DNA of 64,000 nucleotides from Octopus vulgaris (GCA_951406725.2 OX597832.1:64232001-64296000); one strand, 5' to 3'; numbered from the stretch's first letter, positions 40,191-54,400 are shown. Made by a program: numbers and translations. Notes: a model not told the origin generated them from the letters alone.

Positions 40191-40890
40191 CAGAAATTTT
40201 ATTTTTTTATCGTGCTTTCACTTCACAGCTCTGTATGCCTTGGGTATGTGCTGCGATACTCTTATGGTTACCGTATTGAAAGTGTTTTACATAGGATGTG
40301 TGCGGTGCCTAGTAGTGCAATTTTCTGTATGTTATATATATTTGTAAGTCCTGGTGTTTTTGTCATGTATTTGCCTGGATAGTTTTTCTCATACCCAATG
40401 CGCCCATTGTGAATAGGAATTGTTTCGTTTTTAGACTCCACAATCGTGTTACCTCTATTTCCAGGTCTTTGTATTTTGAAAGTTCCTCCATTTCTTTCAG
40501 AGAAACCTTGTCATCTGCTGGTATTGATATATCAATTAGAAAGCATTTTGTTTCCTTCATGAACTCGGACAACTTTATAATGCCATATAAAGTTGTCAGA
40601 GGTCTCTGTGTGTATTGGCATATCCCATAGTATTGTTGACTTTATCATTTTCTGTGACTTTTTCTGGCGTATTCCTATATCATCTTTTTTCTGTTGTTAT
40701 TCCATAATGTTGGCATAGCTTCCACTTTATGTAGGTCCCAACTCTGTCCTGTCTGTGAATATATTCCTTCTTAGCCAGGACTGGGCAGCCAGAGATAATA
40801 TGATTTATTGTTTCTTGTCCAGCTCCACATATACTGCAGTTACTTATGTTTCTTTTCATTATAAGTTTTTGGTAATTTCTGGTGGTGATA
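40191..40890 (-). mobile_element. R4/Dong-clade LINE 3' fragment (CCHC knuckle plus restriction-like endonuclease)
   Basis: Minus strand reads CSICGAGQETINHIISGCPVLAKKEYIHRQDRVGTYIKWKLCQHYGI..KCFLIDISIPADDKVSLKEMEELSKYKDLEIEVTRLW..ALLGTAHIL, with frameshifts; ends in an (AAT)-type tail. Confidence 0.88.
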
Positions 40891-40958
40891 GGGGGGGGGG
40901 GCTTTGATCTTATTATTATTATTGTTGTTGTTGTTGTTATTATTATTATTAGTATTAT

Positions 40959-41100
40959 TACGTTCTGAGTTCAAATTCCGCCAAGGTCGACGTTGCCTTT
41001 CATCCTTTCGGGTCGATTAAAGAAGCACCATTTACGCACTGGGGTCGATGTAATCGACTTAATCCCCTCCCCTAAGTTACCCTTTCTGGCAAAAAATTGA
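40959..41100 (+). mobile_element. SINE family B, 5'-truncated
   Basis: cgttctgagttcaaattccgccaaggtcgacgttgcctttcatcctttcgggtcgat. Confidence 0.8.
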
Positions 41101-41134
41101 AATTATTATTATTATCATTATTACTATTATTATA

Positions 41135-41281
41135 ATTACGTCCGCCTTAGCGAAGGCGGAGGTATTATTTTCAGTCGTGTTTATTTGTTCGTTTGTCCGT
41201 GGACAAGATATCTCAAGAACCGCTGGATGGATTCGGATGATTGGCTTCGTAACTGGCAAGAACTGGCTAGAGTTTGGGATC
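41135..41281 (+). mobile_element. Helentron-associated (HINE/DINE-1-like) element, 5' part
   Basis: 5' hairpin tccgcctt-agcg-aaggcgga followed by a gttt/gtcc microsatellite-like tract; overlaps in sequence with the element at 52342-52640. Confidence 0.6.
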
Positions 41282-41659
41282 TAATCATTGTTATTATTAG
41301 TATTGACATCATTCATTGTAATTAGTGTACTGTATTAAATTATGGTTTTCCTCTCCGCATTCTCTTACACGCCGTTTATGTATTGGCTTCGGTAGAATAT
41401 CAAGGTCTCTCCTAGTATTGCACCAAATGCCTTACGAACCAACATGTGGTAGTTTGAACCTCTTGAAATAGCAGTCAAATTCCCAACTATGCTGTGCTAA
41501 AAATGGTTATTTTGGATAATGCGATCATGGGTATCGTGCATGTAGGTTAAATGAGGATGGTCTCGGCTGGAATGCATTGAACTCCTTGATCAGAGATGAT
41601 CCGGGTATAAACAACAATAAAATGCTTGTTTGGAATTCAAATGTACCCCCGGGTCAGCA

Positions 41660-41870
41660 CTAATTCAAATTTTGGCTCAAGGGCAGCAATTTCGGGGTTG
41701 GGGGTAGGAGAGAAGTCGATTATATCGACCTCAGTATTCATCTGGTACTTTTTTCGACCCCGAAGAATGAAATACGAAGTCGACCTTCGCGGAATTTGAA
41801 CTGAAAACCTAACGAAATATTGCTTAGCATTTTGATTGGCGTACAATGATTTTACTAGTTCGCTGCCGTA
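41660..41870 (-). mobile_element. SINE family B, degenerate
   Basis: tcgaccccgaagaatgaaatacgaagtcgaccttcgcggaatttgaact. Confidence 0.7.
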
Positions 41871-42743
41871 TTTGGCACCAATATCGACCTGAATTGCAGC
41901 TTTACTTGGACTCGTAAATGCCACATCATATTACACTTTCAATGTCAGGCATTTGAAATCCAAGAGCGGCAGATTACTACAAAATATCTAAGAAACAAAA
42001 GCGACAGCGAATCCCCTTGGAGCCCAAAGGTGCAACCGAAAATGCAGATTATTTCGTATTTCTGTGGACATCACACATGTGATGAGCAGCTCCCCCAAAA
42101 TGTCATGAACGTACTGCCTCCCAATGCGACATGATACTGTCGCTAACGCAATATACAATTCCGTCTAAAAGACAAAATTGTGCTGAGATAGGTAAAGAGA
42201 AACCACCTGTTATTGAATGTAGATATAAACTTCAACAGAAGAAATATTGGTGGAGCATTCTTATCAAAACTTCTAACAAATGCAAACATAGCAAGTCGAA
42301 TATAGTTTGGGACAGAAGCGTATGTGCCTTCATAGAACTCAGCTATGTTGTTGATGTGAATATCTCTTTGTAAATCGAAGAGTAAGAGGGTAAATATGTT
42401 TCGAAGTCCCCAGTTGTGTATCCTGATAATAAATTTACGTGTATACTAGTAATAATTGATGTACTACGACGTTTGCCTGGGTGAAAATGTGAATTTCAGA
42501 AAAAGAAAGTAACTAGTAAACGGGCACATTGAAAATATATTCAGTAAGCGGAACAGTAAAAATATGCAAAACTTTTCTAAAGTTCAACCGATGACATTGT
42601 TTTAATTATCTACATTCCAGCTTTGTATCTTTGTTGGAAACCGGGTTTTTTCTTACTTAAAGAGTTCAAATAATTGAAATATGAAGGGAAAACACGCACG
42701 CACACACGCTATATCGGCAGAATTTACAATGTTCAACGGCCCA

Positions 42744-42783
<40 letters not shown>

Positions 42784-43214
42784 GCACACACACTCGCATA
42801 GACACACACACACATGCACTCGTATACACACACACACACGCACACAATATACAACTGAGTGTACTGAAACTGAATGAAGTTGAAACGAATAAAAGAAAAC
42901 CAAGAAACAGAGCGAAGCTTAAAACGAAAGCATAAAGAATTATCCAATAGAGGCGTAAACAAAATTGGGCTAAAATATACGCATGCGCACACGTATATGT
43001 ATGTGTGTGTGTGTGTGTGTGCAGGTATGTATATCTATTTCTCTATTCTTCTTGTAAAGACACAGGCTCCTGTATAATGGAGGTGGTGAAAGATGACTTT
43101 GCTTCACTATTCAAAGTTCATACAGACTAGGTTTCGAATTCAACAAACAACACGACTTCAAAGGCGTATTATATACAAGTTATAAGGAAAAAACGAATTA
43201 ATCGAACATCGAAC

Positions 43215-43270
<56 letters not shown>

Positions 43271-43346
43271 ATATATATATATATATGTATGTGTGTGTAT
43301 GTATTCATATATGCATATATATATATATATATATATATATGTATTC

Positions 43347-43408
<62 letters not shown>

Positions 43409-43498
43409 TCATATATATACATACATATATATGTATATATGTATTCATATATATACATATATATATATTTATTCATATATATACATATATATATATTC

Positions 43499-43591
<93 letters not shown>
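43215..43591. repeat. (AT)n with periodic 'attc' interruptions, then (GT)n
   Basis: Direct inspection. Confidence 0.95.
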
Positions 43592-43918
43592 GAGAGAGAA
43601 GGTAGGAGAGAGATTGGAGAAATTTCTTTAGGAAGATTCCATATTCTTGAAATCAGTCTTTTCAAGTTTTTGGCAAACAAAAACCAGTTCAACCACAAGA
43701 AAGCGTCGAAACTGCCACCAACAGAAGAAAAGGACAAAGATAGGAAGAAGCAACTTGATTGGCCGACAGACTAACCGATCGACCATTTGGTAGGAATAGT
43801 TCTAGGGTTGGATGGCTGGGTTGGTGGTTATCTTGTTGATTTTCTTGTAAAAGGAAGATTGTGAAAATAAACTCTGTGTGTCTGTGTATATATATATATA
43901 TATACATACACACGTATA

Positions 43919-44033
<115 letters not shown>

Positions 44034-44034
44034 T

Positions 44035-44075
<41 letters not shown>

Positions 44076-44541
44076 GAGAGACAGACAGACAAAGATGTAG
44101 ATTAGTAGATAACCCGGAGTCGTATATAGATGTTATATTTTTCTTTGGTATGCATAACAGTTGAGAAGTAACGGGAAATATATTCTGCAGTTTAATTACA
44201 TGCCAAAACAGGTAATTGGAAGCATTTTGGGGGCTGCGGAGGGCTATTATTTATCCACTATTACACGAATTTCATTTGTTAATAGGAGTAACAAAATTGT
44301 ACATGGAGGAGAAACATGTAGGATAATTCCTATTTTAAAAAGTACTAGCTAGTCCGCTATCTAAGTACTAGCTAGTCCGCAAGATCATTAGGCAATGTAA
44401 GCCACCGTATAATGTTCTCCGAACTAAATAGATTTTGATTTTACTTTCTTCTATGTTGTGCCTTCATTTCAGGATGTTTCCGTGGCCTGAACACAGACAA
44501 TAAAACTGTAGAGAAATAACGGAGGAAGTTGATAGACTTAC

Positions 44542-44643
44542 TTGTACCATGATATCTATACTCAGGTGTCTCCGTTTTTCATAATCGAGCTTCTGGTTAA
44601 GTGTGATTAATGGAGTCCCGGGTAGATTGATTGAAAAGAATTC
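44542..44643 (-). CDS. Cadherin-repeat protein, internal exon B: EFFSINLPGTPLITLNQKLDYEKRRHLSIDIMVQ
   Basis: 102 nt, phase 0/0, acceptor ttttttccag| and donor |gtaagt. Contains the cadherin LDYE motif. Confidence 0.92.
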
Positions 44644-44681
44644 CTGGAAAAAATGCAAAAATATATAATATAATATAACAT

Positions 44682-44755
<74 letters not shown>

Positions 44756-45421
44756 TTTAAAAAGCATATAACGCTATAGATAACTGCGCGTAAATACTAG
44801 GTTAAAAACCATTAACAACACATACATATATATATATATATAATTTTTATGCAAGCACACGTACACAAAATTGTCTGACTCAACTCTTGGAATTACAGTT
44901 ACATTTTCTCCATTTGTTTGGTACCTATGTACTCACACACACACTGAATTTCAAGCTACAACTCTCGTTTCTTTTTCTGTGCTCATTCATTCGCCTGGTG
45001 TTAAAGGGCAATGACAACAACAACAAAGACAAGAGCAATAACAACGCCCACAAACAGTAGCACCTACTTCATAATATATTCTATGAATTCCCCCTGTCAT
45101 TACCAGACGTCTGTCAATGAGGACCCCAGGTGGAGCGAAATCACGTGATCTGCTAGTCCTGGCGGCTGTGGCAGACGGGTCTCGTCTGTCAAAGATATAA
45201 ATACGGGCGCTTTTATGCACCATGACTCTATAAGAGAGATTTTCCTATGGTAACTCATGCAGTATTCTGTCATTTCACACAGCGTCAACGTTAAGTTGGA
45301 CATACAGCTTGCTTTTGGTATTAATACTGCTTTTTTCGCCATTGATTATACTTTAACTATAGTTTCTTGTTACTGTATACCTCTCTTCGAGTGATTTAGA
45401 AATATAATATAATATCATATA

Positions 45422-45458
<37 letters not shown>

Positions 45459-45751
45459 CAGTATCATGGTTTCTAATAAGATGGTTGTCTCCCTTGTCTC
45501 AGAGGCGAACATCCAATCAGCTGAGAGATTATATTCATTCAAATATTCTGAGTAATTATAGGCCCGTAGACTCTGTGACAATTGTCGTAAATGTTCGTTT
45601 GTGATAGTCGTGTATAAGAGAACGTGTAACACACACAGCAACGGAAACGGCTGGAATTAAACATCCTCTCTGAACAATAAGAGACTGCATGTGTTATAAT
45701 CGCAAGAACATGCAATGCACTTTGTCACGTGTATAGATTTCAAATTAAATT

Positions 45752-45813
<62 letters not shown>

Positions 45814-47215
45814 TCTCTCAGTCTCCCCCACAGTAGAAACACTTTTATTCTAAAAAGAATACGTTCACTTTATGCCTCGGTAGTTTTTCTTTTCCTGCGG
45901 AAATGTTCATTATAGCCCCTAGCATTTTAACCACTTCCTACAGAAGAGGTCCTCAATGATCGAAATAGTTATCTTGTACGGATGATTAGGATTCTATGAT
46001 GTAAAGCAAATTTATACGAATGGAAATTTAATCAAATAAATGCATGAAGGTATTTTTATTCCTTTCATGGATGTAAAACAATCGTAGTAACATGGATTCT
46101 ACTTAGAAGATTCTCTTCGTTGTCTTAAAGTCAAACGAGTTAGAAATAAATATTTATCTTCTCGACATTTGCGAAAGTTGGGCAATAATATTTGAAAGCT
46201 TTTCTTGAAGACTCGGTAGTAGAAATAGAGACTGGTGTTGACTTGCCAAAGAATTAGTGTATGTTTTAAGTCATTTTAATTCGTACTTTTGTTGGTGTAG
46301 ATTTAAAAAAATACTAAGTAAGTGCTTGGGCCTTATAAAACATTCTCATCACCTGGTTTATAGAAAGAATCTTAAAAACACAGTCGCCCTTGTGTTAATT
46401 TCGTTGAAATATTTGCATCTAATATAAGTTCTACTTCACAGAGTTTCTCATGTGGGGATTTAAGAGGGACAGTGATACAATTTTCTTCTCGAGTGTTTAT
46501 TTAAACAAAACAAGAATTGAATATAATGTTTTCTTTTGGGAATCAAATAGATCTCTGAAACTGTTCCAGATGTTAATTTAACCAAACTTTTCGCGTTCTA
46601 ATTTTATATTCTGTTGATTTAATTAGAACAAAGATTCGCAAACAATCGAAGGTGGAACTTCAATGAAATAACAACTTGCCTGTCAAACAATCTCAAATGG
46701 TAACAACATTGATTCATTAACTCAACTGATCTACTCTGAAGCCTCAGAGGTCCCAAAAGCCAGGCCTGAATGAGTCTTCACCAGGCTGCCACCTCTGCTA
46801 AAAGTAATAGTCAAATTTTCTCAAATCATATCTACTTTACTGCATGAAAAAATTCACCAAACACGGAATACAAGCTACATGTGAACGAATGTCTCCTGTA
46901 TAGACCAATAATATATTTGAGTGATGCAAAGTCTACTAAAGGGCGCAATAAAAATGTCTAGAAAAATATTATATCAATGTATAAATAAAGTAGATAACGT
47001 GCAAAAATGAAAGCAAATCCATATATGTCTGTCTGGTCACTTTCGAGTATTATTGGTAACACACCTCAATACAACTTATTACCTGGTTGAACCGTCGGTA
47101 ACGTCAGCAAGTGTACTTTGTGGGTAGGGCAGTTTTGGGACAGCTTGCGGAATGAAAACAAGCTCCGTGAAAAGGTGGATGAACATAGGAGAGTCAAAGG
47201 TCATTTAATTACGTA

Positions 47216-47271
<56 letters not shown>

Positions 47272-47631
47272 ACACGTGATGACATAAACGTTTCTGGTTT
47301 GTTACCCAGGTGCGCATTTAACCTACCAGGGTGGGTTGCATTCTATGCCGCAGCGAAGGCAACTAACCGAGGACATGGAGGACTCTGATAGAAAAAGCCA
47401 GGGTATTTTGTTCAGAGAGTTTATATATTCAATATTTGCATCAAACTTCTAAAAGCAGCCTTTCAGGAACGTGTGCCCGGTGTTAAATAAGTCTTCGTCA
47501 CTGGGGACAAATGATCTTTGTGGGTAGTCTAACGGCAATAACAATGGCTGCTAGAAACGCAGAGATAGACACCGACAAAACAATTTTCTCTTTCTCATAT
47601 ATATAAGACAATAAACGGAAAATATGACATA

Positions 47632-47840
47632 TTCTTTTATTTGTTTCAGTCATTTGACTGCGGCCATGCTAGAGCACCACCTTTAGTCGAACAAATCGAC
47701 CCCAGGAATTATTCTTTGTAAGCCTAGTATTTATTCTATCGGTCACCTTTTGCCGAACCGCTAAGTTACGGGGACATGAACACACCAGCATCGGTTGTCA
47801 AGCGATGTTGTAGGTGGACAAACACACACATACACACGCA

Positions 47841-47877
<37 letters not shown>

Positions 47878-48030
47878 GACGGGCTTCTTTCAGTTTCCAC
47901 TCAGAAGGCTTTGGTCGGTTTTAGGCTATACTAGAAGACACTTGCCCAATCTGTCACGCAGTGGGACTGAACTCTGCACCATGTAGTTGGTAAGCATGTT
48001 ACTTACCTCACAGCCACTCCTGCGCCTATA
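47632..48030 (-). mobile_element. SINE family A, near full length
   Basis: ttgtttcagtcatttgactgcggccatgctagagcaccacctttagtcg..cacgcagtgggactgaac..cacagccactcctgcgccta. Confidence 0.88.
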
Positions 48031-48085
48031 CTAAATACACAGGCGAACAGAAAACAGAAAATCACCGTTCGTTTGTTTATTTAGT

Positions 48086-48160
<75 letters not shown>

Positions 48161-48276
48161 AAATAGATAGATATATGTCATATTTTCCGTTTGTTGTCTT
48201 TTCATTTAATCCTGAAAATATTAGTTACGTAACCCACGCATTCCTTATTTTTTTACACACACACACATATATAAAT

Positions 48277-48647
48277 ATTCTTTTACTTGTTTCAGTCATT
48301 TGATTGCGGCTATGCTGGGCTAACACCTTGAAGGAATTTAGTTGAATAAATCGACCCCGTAACTTGTTTCTTATGCGCAGAACTTATTCTATCCTTCTGT
48401 TTTACCGAACCGCCAAGTTACGGGGACGTGAACGCATCATTATCGGTTGTCAAACGTTGATAGGGGTACAAACTCAAACATACACATATATACGGGCTTC
48501 TTTCAGTTTCCGTCTACCAAATCCACACGCAAGGCTTTTGTCGACCTAAGGCTATAGTAGAAGACGCTTGCCCAAAGTGCTACGCAGTGGGACCGAACCC
48601 CAAACCCTGTGGCTGGCAAACAAGGTTTTTAGCACATAGCCACGCCA
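48277..48647 (-). mobile_element. SINE family A
   Basis: Same head, core and tail as the adjacent copy. Confidence 0.82.
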
Positions 48648-48696
48648 GTATATAATTTAATGTACACCGTATTAAAATAAGGGCTACTAATTGCTT

Positions 48697-48972
48697 CATG
48701 GTGAAGGCACATGTCCTAGAGGTTTAATCAGACCGGGCGATGTGTGTATTTATAAGCGAAACACCTAAGCTCGACGCGGCTCCGGCAGAAGGTAATGGCG
48801 AACTTCTGCTGACTCTTTCGCCACAACTTTTTCTCACTCTTTCCTCCTGCATCTAGTAGCTCACCTACGACGGACCGGTGTCGCATCTAGGTGGGTAACC
48901 TATAAGCCAATGAAACCGGCCCCTTATGAGCCAGGCATGGCTCCAGAAGGAACAAACAACAACAACAACAAC
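48697..48972 (+). mobile_element. V-SINE-like element with (AAC)n tail
   Basis: cctacgacggaccggtgtcgcatctaggtggg..gaaaccggccccttatgagcc resembles the V-SINE central domain; ends in aacaacaac. Confidence 0.5.
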
Positions 48973-50655
48973 AGTTGTTTCATGACCCAGAACGTGAATA
49001 TTGCTTGGAGACAAGTTTCAAAAACCTGCCCAACCAGTGATATACTGTGGTCCATGCAATCAGCTGTACTCTCCCCGAAACAGGAAAGTTGAAATTTGTA
49101 AGCATTGTACAAATCTTAGAAATGAATAATAGTTAAAGTACTTGGTGTAGTTTTTGTTGTGCGGTGATGTAATTTGTTAGTAATTGAAGAGGTACAAATC
49201 TATCTTCCAAACCGGAAACCAAATTACATGACAAATAATACCACATCCGATCACTCACCTCATTACCTACTTCCGAGTTTTTTTTTCTTCCCTTGCAGCT
49301 TAATAGCGCACACATATCCATGCATCCACAAACACTATTAAACATTGTCCAAGGCAGACACCTACAATGTTCGATATCATTACTGCAGGCGGACAGGCCG
49401 ACAGTCGTACAACCATATATATATATATATAAGAGTGTGTATGTGTGCGTGTGTGTGAGTAGATATATATCCTTTTATTCTTTTATGCTTTTCAGTCCAA
49501 AGGCTGTGGCTATGCTGGAGTACTGCCAAGATTATCACCTTTGTAATGGCCATTGTTATATATATATATATATGTATATACACACACCCACACATACACA
49601 TATGCATACATATTATACAGGCACATCCTCACATATATTTTCACCTCCATTTACATATATAAAGGGTTAATTCGTTAAAGTGTCTGTTTTGGACAAATAC
49701 CAGGCGTATTTAACGAACTGTGGAATAACACTGGAAATGATCTAATGGCACACACATACACATCTTTCTCTCGAAGCTACAAAACCTATTGTTATGTTGA
49801 AGTGTATTACATTGGGAATCGACAGCTTTGCACAACTATCTTTTGCAATATGGGTGAATTGAAAAACTACGCATACACACCCCGCACATATCTAAGCAGA
49901 AATACATGTACATATACATATGTACAATTATATACGCATAGAAACGGACTCATAGAACTAGAATTTGAAATATACATAATATGAAGTATTATATATATAC
50001 ATACATACACACACAAACACATATATATAAGTACACATATGTATGCATAGTAACACACATGCATATACATGCATACAAGTAGATGCCGACAGAATCAATT
50101 CCATATACACAGTTTAAGACGCTCATACGAACCTACGCATGAATACATAGAGAGATATGAAGAAATACGCAAACCGAAAATACGCATATATACACATGAA
50201 ACAGGTCACAGGTAGTAAACCTAATCACTAAAATATATCTCCAAATCCAAGCCAAAGAGGAAATCATCTCTAATGTATTTAAGGCAGGAAATATAAACAA
50301 GTGGTTTTAACATTTTAAACTATTTTTTCCCGAGATCAAATCCCACCGAGAATCAAATTTGCTTTCAGTTTTCCTTCTCGGTAACAATAAACATAATATC
50401 TATCAAATGCCGAGATCTATTCTTTGTTTCTTTCTTTGTTTTTTTTTCAATTCTTCCAATCTTTCCCTACCCCACCTCTCTCTCTCTCATTCTCGCCCGT
50501 GTTTCTTTATCCAGATTCTTTATCGATGATTCCAGTAATGATGTGCGAAACGCTACTATTACTCTGGGCCCTGGGGAGAAGCAATGGTGTCTGTTTCAAC
50601 TGGGTTCTCCGAATGATGAAGATTTGTCTTTCTCTCCACTCCATCTCTGTCTATT

Positions 50656-50710
<55 letters not shown>

Positions 50711-51515
50711 TTGCTTATGCTATCATCAAGTGTCCTAAATCTAAGAGAAGGGGCCTTGTTGGAATAACGCTCGATCTTGAGCTCTGGAAAGAAGTTCGCT
50801 GTTCTATTTCAACTGCGGTCTCCAAATAATAGAGACATTTATTTCTCTCTACCGCCTCTCCCTCTCTTCCAGTATGCTACGCAGCCTAAACCCATACCCA
50901 TCCAAGAGGTTCCAATGTCAGGTGAAGTGACCTGTTGGTCGGAGTACAATATTATTGTATCCATCGGAAAAACTGCGGCAGAAGCCTGCACTTTCCATGA
51001 CTATAACGCAAGTGAGAAAAGTCAGAATCGTGGTAACGTTGAAGAAATAGTTTGGCGGAATTTGTTCCAGTTATTTAACTTTACGATTTTGATCCTACTT
51101 TCTTTTATTCAGGCTATATGTACCGAGGATTACATAAAGCGTCGTAAACTTTGTTGTGTAAGACGGTAAGTGGCAAGTGATTCGAGTAAGCTTTAGCAAT
51201 CATTTCAAGCGGATCGAACCTCTACATTTGCAGGCCCTATTTTTAGTTCACTTCAACCCTCGTTATTGACGTCAGGGTCATGTTTTGACACTCCATACTA
51301 ACAGAACTGCAAACCAATTCGTTCGAAGAGAAATTACGGTTACGTTGTTTCTAATGAGCAGCAAACGGTGGCAACACCTTCAGTGCTGTGTCCGGGTGAT
51401 CGGTAATCAAGGCTAGTGAAGCGGTTTCAAATGGCTCCTGTGGCAAAGAACTACTGCACATGTTTTGTGCTGGAAATATATTTACTAACGGAATGTAATA
51501 TGAAAGCAAACTTAC

Positions 51516-51614
51516 ATGGTCTTTGTCTGGCAATATGCTGAACCTCATGTTGTCTCCGTTATCTCCATCCGTGGCTACCACTCCGCAGTCTATCGTGCTG
51601 CCAATTTCTGTGTC
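51516..51614 (-). CDS. Cadherin-repeat protein (PCDH15/Cad99C/CDHR-like), internal exon A: DTEIGSTIDCGVVATDGDNGDNMRFSILPDKDH
   Basis: 99 nt, phase 0/0, acceptor tttcag| and donor |gtaagt. Cadherin AxDxD motif (ATDGD) and F-S-I strand; joins exon B in frame. Confidence 0.9.
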
Positions 51615-52064
51615 CTGAAATACAGAGATATAAATATATATAATTATATTTAAACACATATACATTTACTATTATTAATGGGCAGAAGTTACACCGTGAC
51701 GCAAGGGCCGAGTGTTTCGTGCCTTTTAGCACTACACGTCCATAAGAGATGCTTTTTCAGCGCGAATAATGCTTCTGTTGCTAATACAATATACACAAGC
51801 ATACATACATAACAATTAAATATACAAGAAGAATTTACAAACATACACAAACACACGCGTATTTACACACATATGTATATATATGTATGTATGAGTGTGT
51901 ATTTGTGTGCGTAGATAGGTTTGGTGCAATGAATATGATGAATGAAACTCAGGACATATATGTTATTGATATTAATCGCCAAAAATTTCGTGCATCGCTC
52001 TTTGATTCCTGCTAAGCGCCAAGATATCGGCCCTTGATGCACCATGTAATAATAATGATGATGT

Positions 52065-52258
52065 TTTCTACAATAGGCACAAAGTCTGAAATTTGAGGGA
52101 GAAGGATAATCGATTATATCGACACCCCCATACTCAACTGGTACGTGTTTTATTGACCCCGAAAGGGTAAAAGGCAAAGCCGAATTCGTGGGGATTTGAA
52201 CCTACGAGTCGACTTCAGTGGAATTTGAACTTAGAACGATTCTGCCAGCTCACCGTCT
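52065..52258 (-). mobile_element. SINE family B, rearranged
   Basis: ttgaccccgaaagggtaaaaggcaaagccga..gattctgccagctcaccg. Confidence 0.7.
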
Positions 52259-52331
<73 letters not shown>

Positions 52332-52341
52332 CAACAACAAC

Positions 52342-52640
52342 AACAAGAGCACTCAGAGAGCGCAAACCTCCGCCAAGGCAACACCAATGGCTTCTCAACG
52401 ATTAGCCAGAGATGATTTTTAAAATGAGAATATCTGAAATAAGCTCGACTGCTCTCATAAAAGAGAATACTAAAAATGAAATCGACTGCTCTCAAAAATG
52501 AAGTAAAAAGAAAAAAAAAAACAGGAAAAATAAATAATCCCAAATCCTTGTTCGGTACCGGATCTATCCCAAAATCTAATAAGTTCATGCCAGTTACGAG
52601 GCCAAACATCCCTGAAGGTTTCATCAGTATCCTTCCCGCT
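52342..52640 (-). mobile_element. Helentron-associated (HINE/DINE-1-like) element, 3' part
   Basis: Minus strand ends ccttggcggaggtttGCGCTCtctGAGTGCtcttgtt (subterminal IR plus stem-loop); shares ggc(c/t)tcgtaactggca.gaact..ttt(t)gggat with 41240-41281. Confidence 0.6.
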
Positions 52641-52896
52641 GCTACGATCTATCGGTGTGCATTTCTCTCAAATAAGTGTTCTAAGATATTCACGCTGAGT
52701 TCTATATAATAATTGCTTTCTGGTACTAATTCTGCTGCTATTATTCTCTCTCTCTAAAGATATATATATACGACAGGCTTATTTCAGTTTCCCCTCACTA
52801 GATTTTGGTCGGCCCGAGGCTATAGTATGTAGCCACGCAGTGGGATTGACCCTTGTGGTTGGGAAGCAAGTTCCTTACCACACAGCCACTCCTGCG

Positions 52897-52986
<90 letters not shown>

Positions 52987-53159
52987 AATCTATATATTGC
53001 ACAGGTCTTAAATTTATTGCATATATATATATTGCAAACACACGCCCATGTGCATTTCTCTCTGTGTGTAAAATACACGACTTTTGGATACATGAAAGTG
53101 AATACATACTAACATTCATTTCTAGCCTAATTCATATATAATTCGCCAAACGACGCGAG

Positions 53160-53206
<47 letters not shown>

Positions 53207-53541
53207 ACGTTGTCACATCCACACACTTGCAGCAACACTAATAAAGTTCTACCTTCATCATTTCCTCAAAAGAAATCCCATGAATTTCATTCTCTCATTT
53301 AATTAAACAAATCAAATCTGTTTCCCTGTCAAGTCTGAAGATTTCATTCAGAAAGAGCGATAGCAGCGGCGACGACAGCAGCTGCAGAATATAACGAGCA
53401 AAATAATGGAAAAGAAAACCACTTCATCGTATGGCTGAAGGAATGTGTGTGTGCGTGTGCGTGTGTGTGTGCGGACGTGGGCTTATGAATGTGTGAGTGG
53501 CAAATTAGCTTGCTGCGCTATACTATATTAGCAAATATGGA

Positions 53542-53601
<60 letters not shown>

Positions 53602-53773
53602 GTATAAGATGTAGAAAATGTTTAAGTTATACAACACATATGCGTATGTGTAAACAGCATAATATACGGCTCATATATGCATAAAAGACACACATACACA
53701 CGTAAGCATATATATTTATGCGTATTTATAAATATGTATATATATATATATATATATATAAATATGTGTGTAT

Positions 53774-53815
<42 letters not shown>

Positions 53816-53884
53816 TGCTTATAGTTTCATGTTATTGTGATATTTAAGCAGAATTATTTATAAAATACGCCATTTATCTTAAAG

Positions 53885-54400
53885 CAATCTTTCAGACCCT
53901 GTTTATACGTTTTATATACAAGGACGCTGAAAAGTAAGAAAACAAGAAGGAACGTGGAAAAAAGGTGAAGAAAGCTGGTGCAAAAATGGTACGGGAAAGA
54001 AGAAACGAAATCAAGAACAGGTCCTCGTCCACCCTGCTTGCAGAAAGCTCATTAAATACAACTGGTTTTGAACAAAATAACAGAAAATGTGTCAAAGTCT
54101 GCGAGACAGCAACTCAGTCTGGCGAGGGTGGTACCCTCCAATACTGTAAGAGAGACCTATGTGTCTACAACTGTCTATGTGTCTTGCTGGATCGAAGAAG
54201 AATATGAGGTCTTTCTGCTACGCATAAGTGGCATTTCTTAGATCCATTAATATATGGCTTGGATTTCTCCAATTAATTGTATGTGGAGTGGAATTCCTCT
54301 TCAAATTCCATATATGGCTAAACCATCTTTGTTGCATTACTTTTATCGGTGTACCGGAAGGAAGATAGGTGGTTTACATAACGCCTCTTGAATTCGCACT
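53885..54400 (-). mobile_element. Penelope-like retroelement GIY-YIG fragment
   Basis: Minus strand reads EFKRRYVNHLSSFRYTDKSNATK../HIWNLKRNSTPHTINW../KPYINGSKKCHLCVAER, the FK.RY.NH..SF / IW.LK / C.LC..E pattern of Penelope-like endonucleases; frameshifted. Confidence 0.8.

Noticed and set aside
43118-43170. Minus-strand gaaacctagtc with a possible stem I
   Set aside because: No CUGANGA core (cctttga).
44340-44380. Short direct repeats (also 7038-7080, 17512-17550, 23083-23145, 61417-61447) resembling CRISPR or regulatory arrays
   Set aside because: Only two copies each, in a eukaryotic context; consistent with simple slippage duplications.
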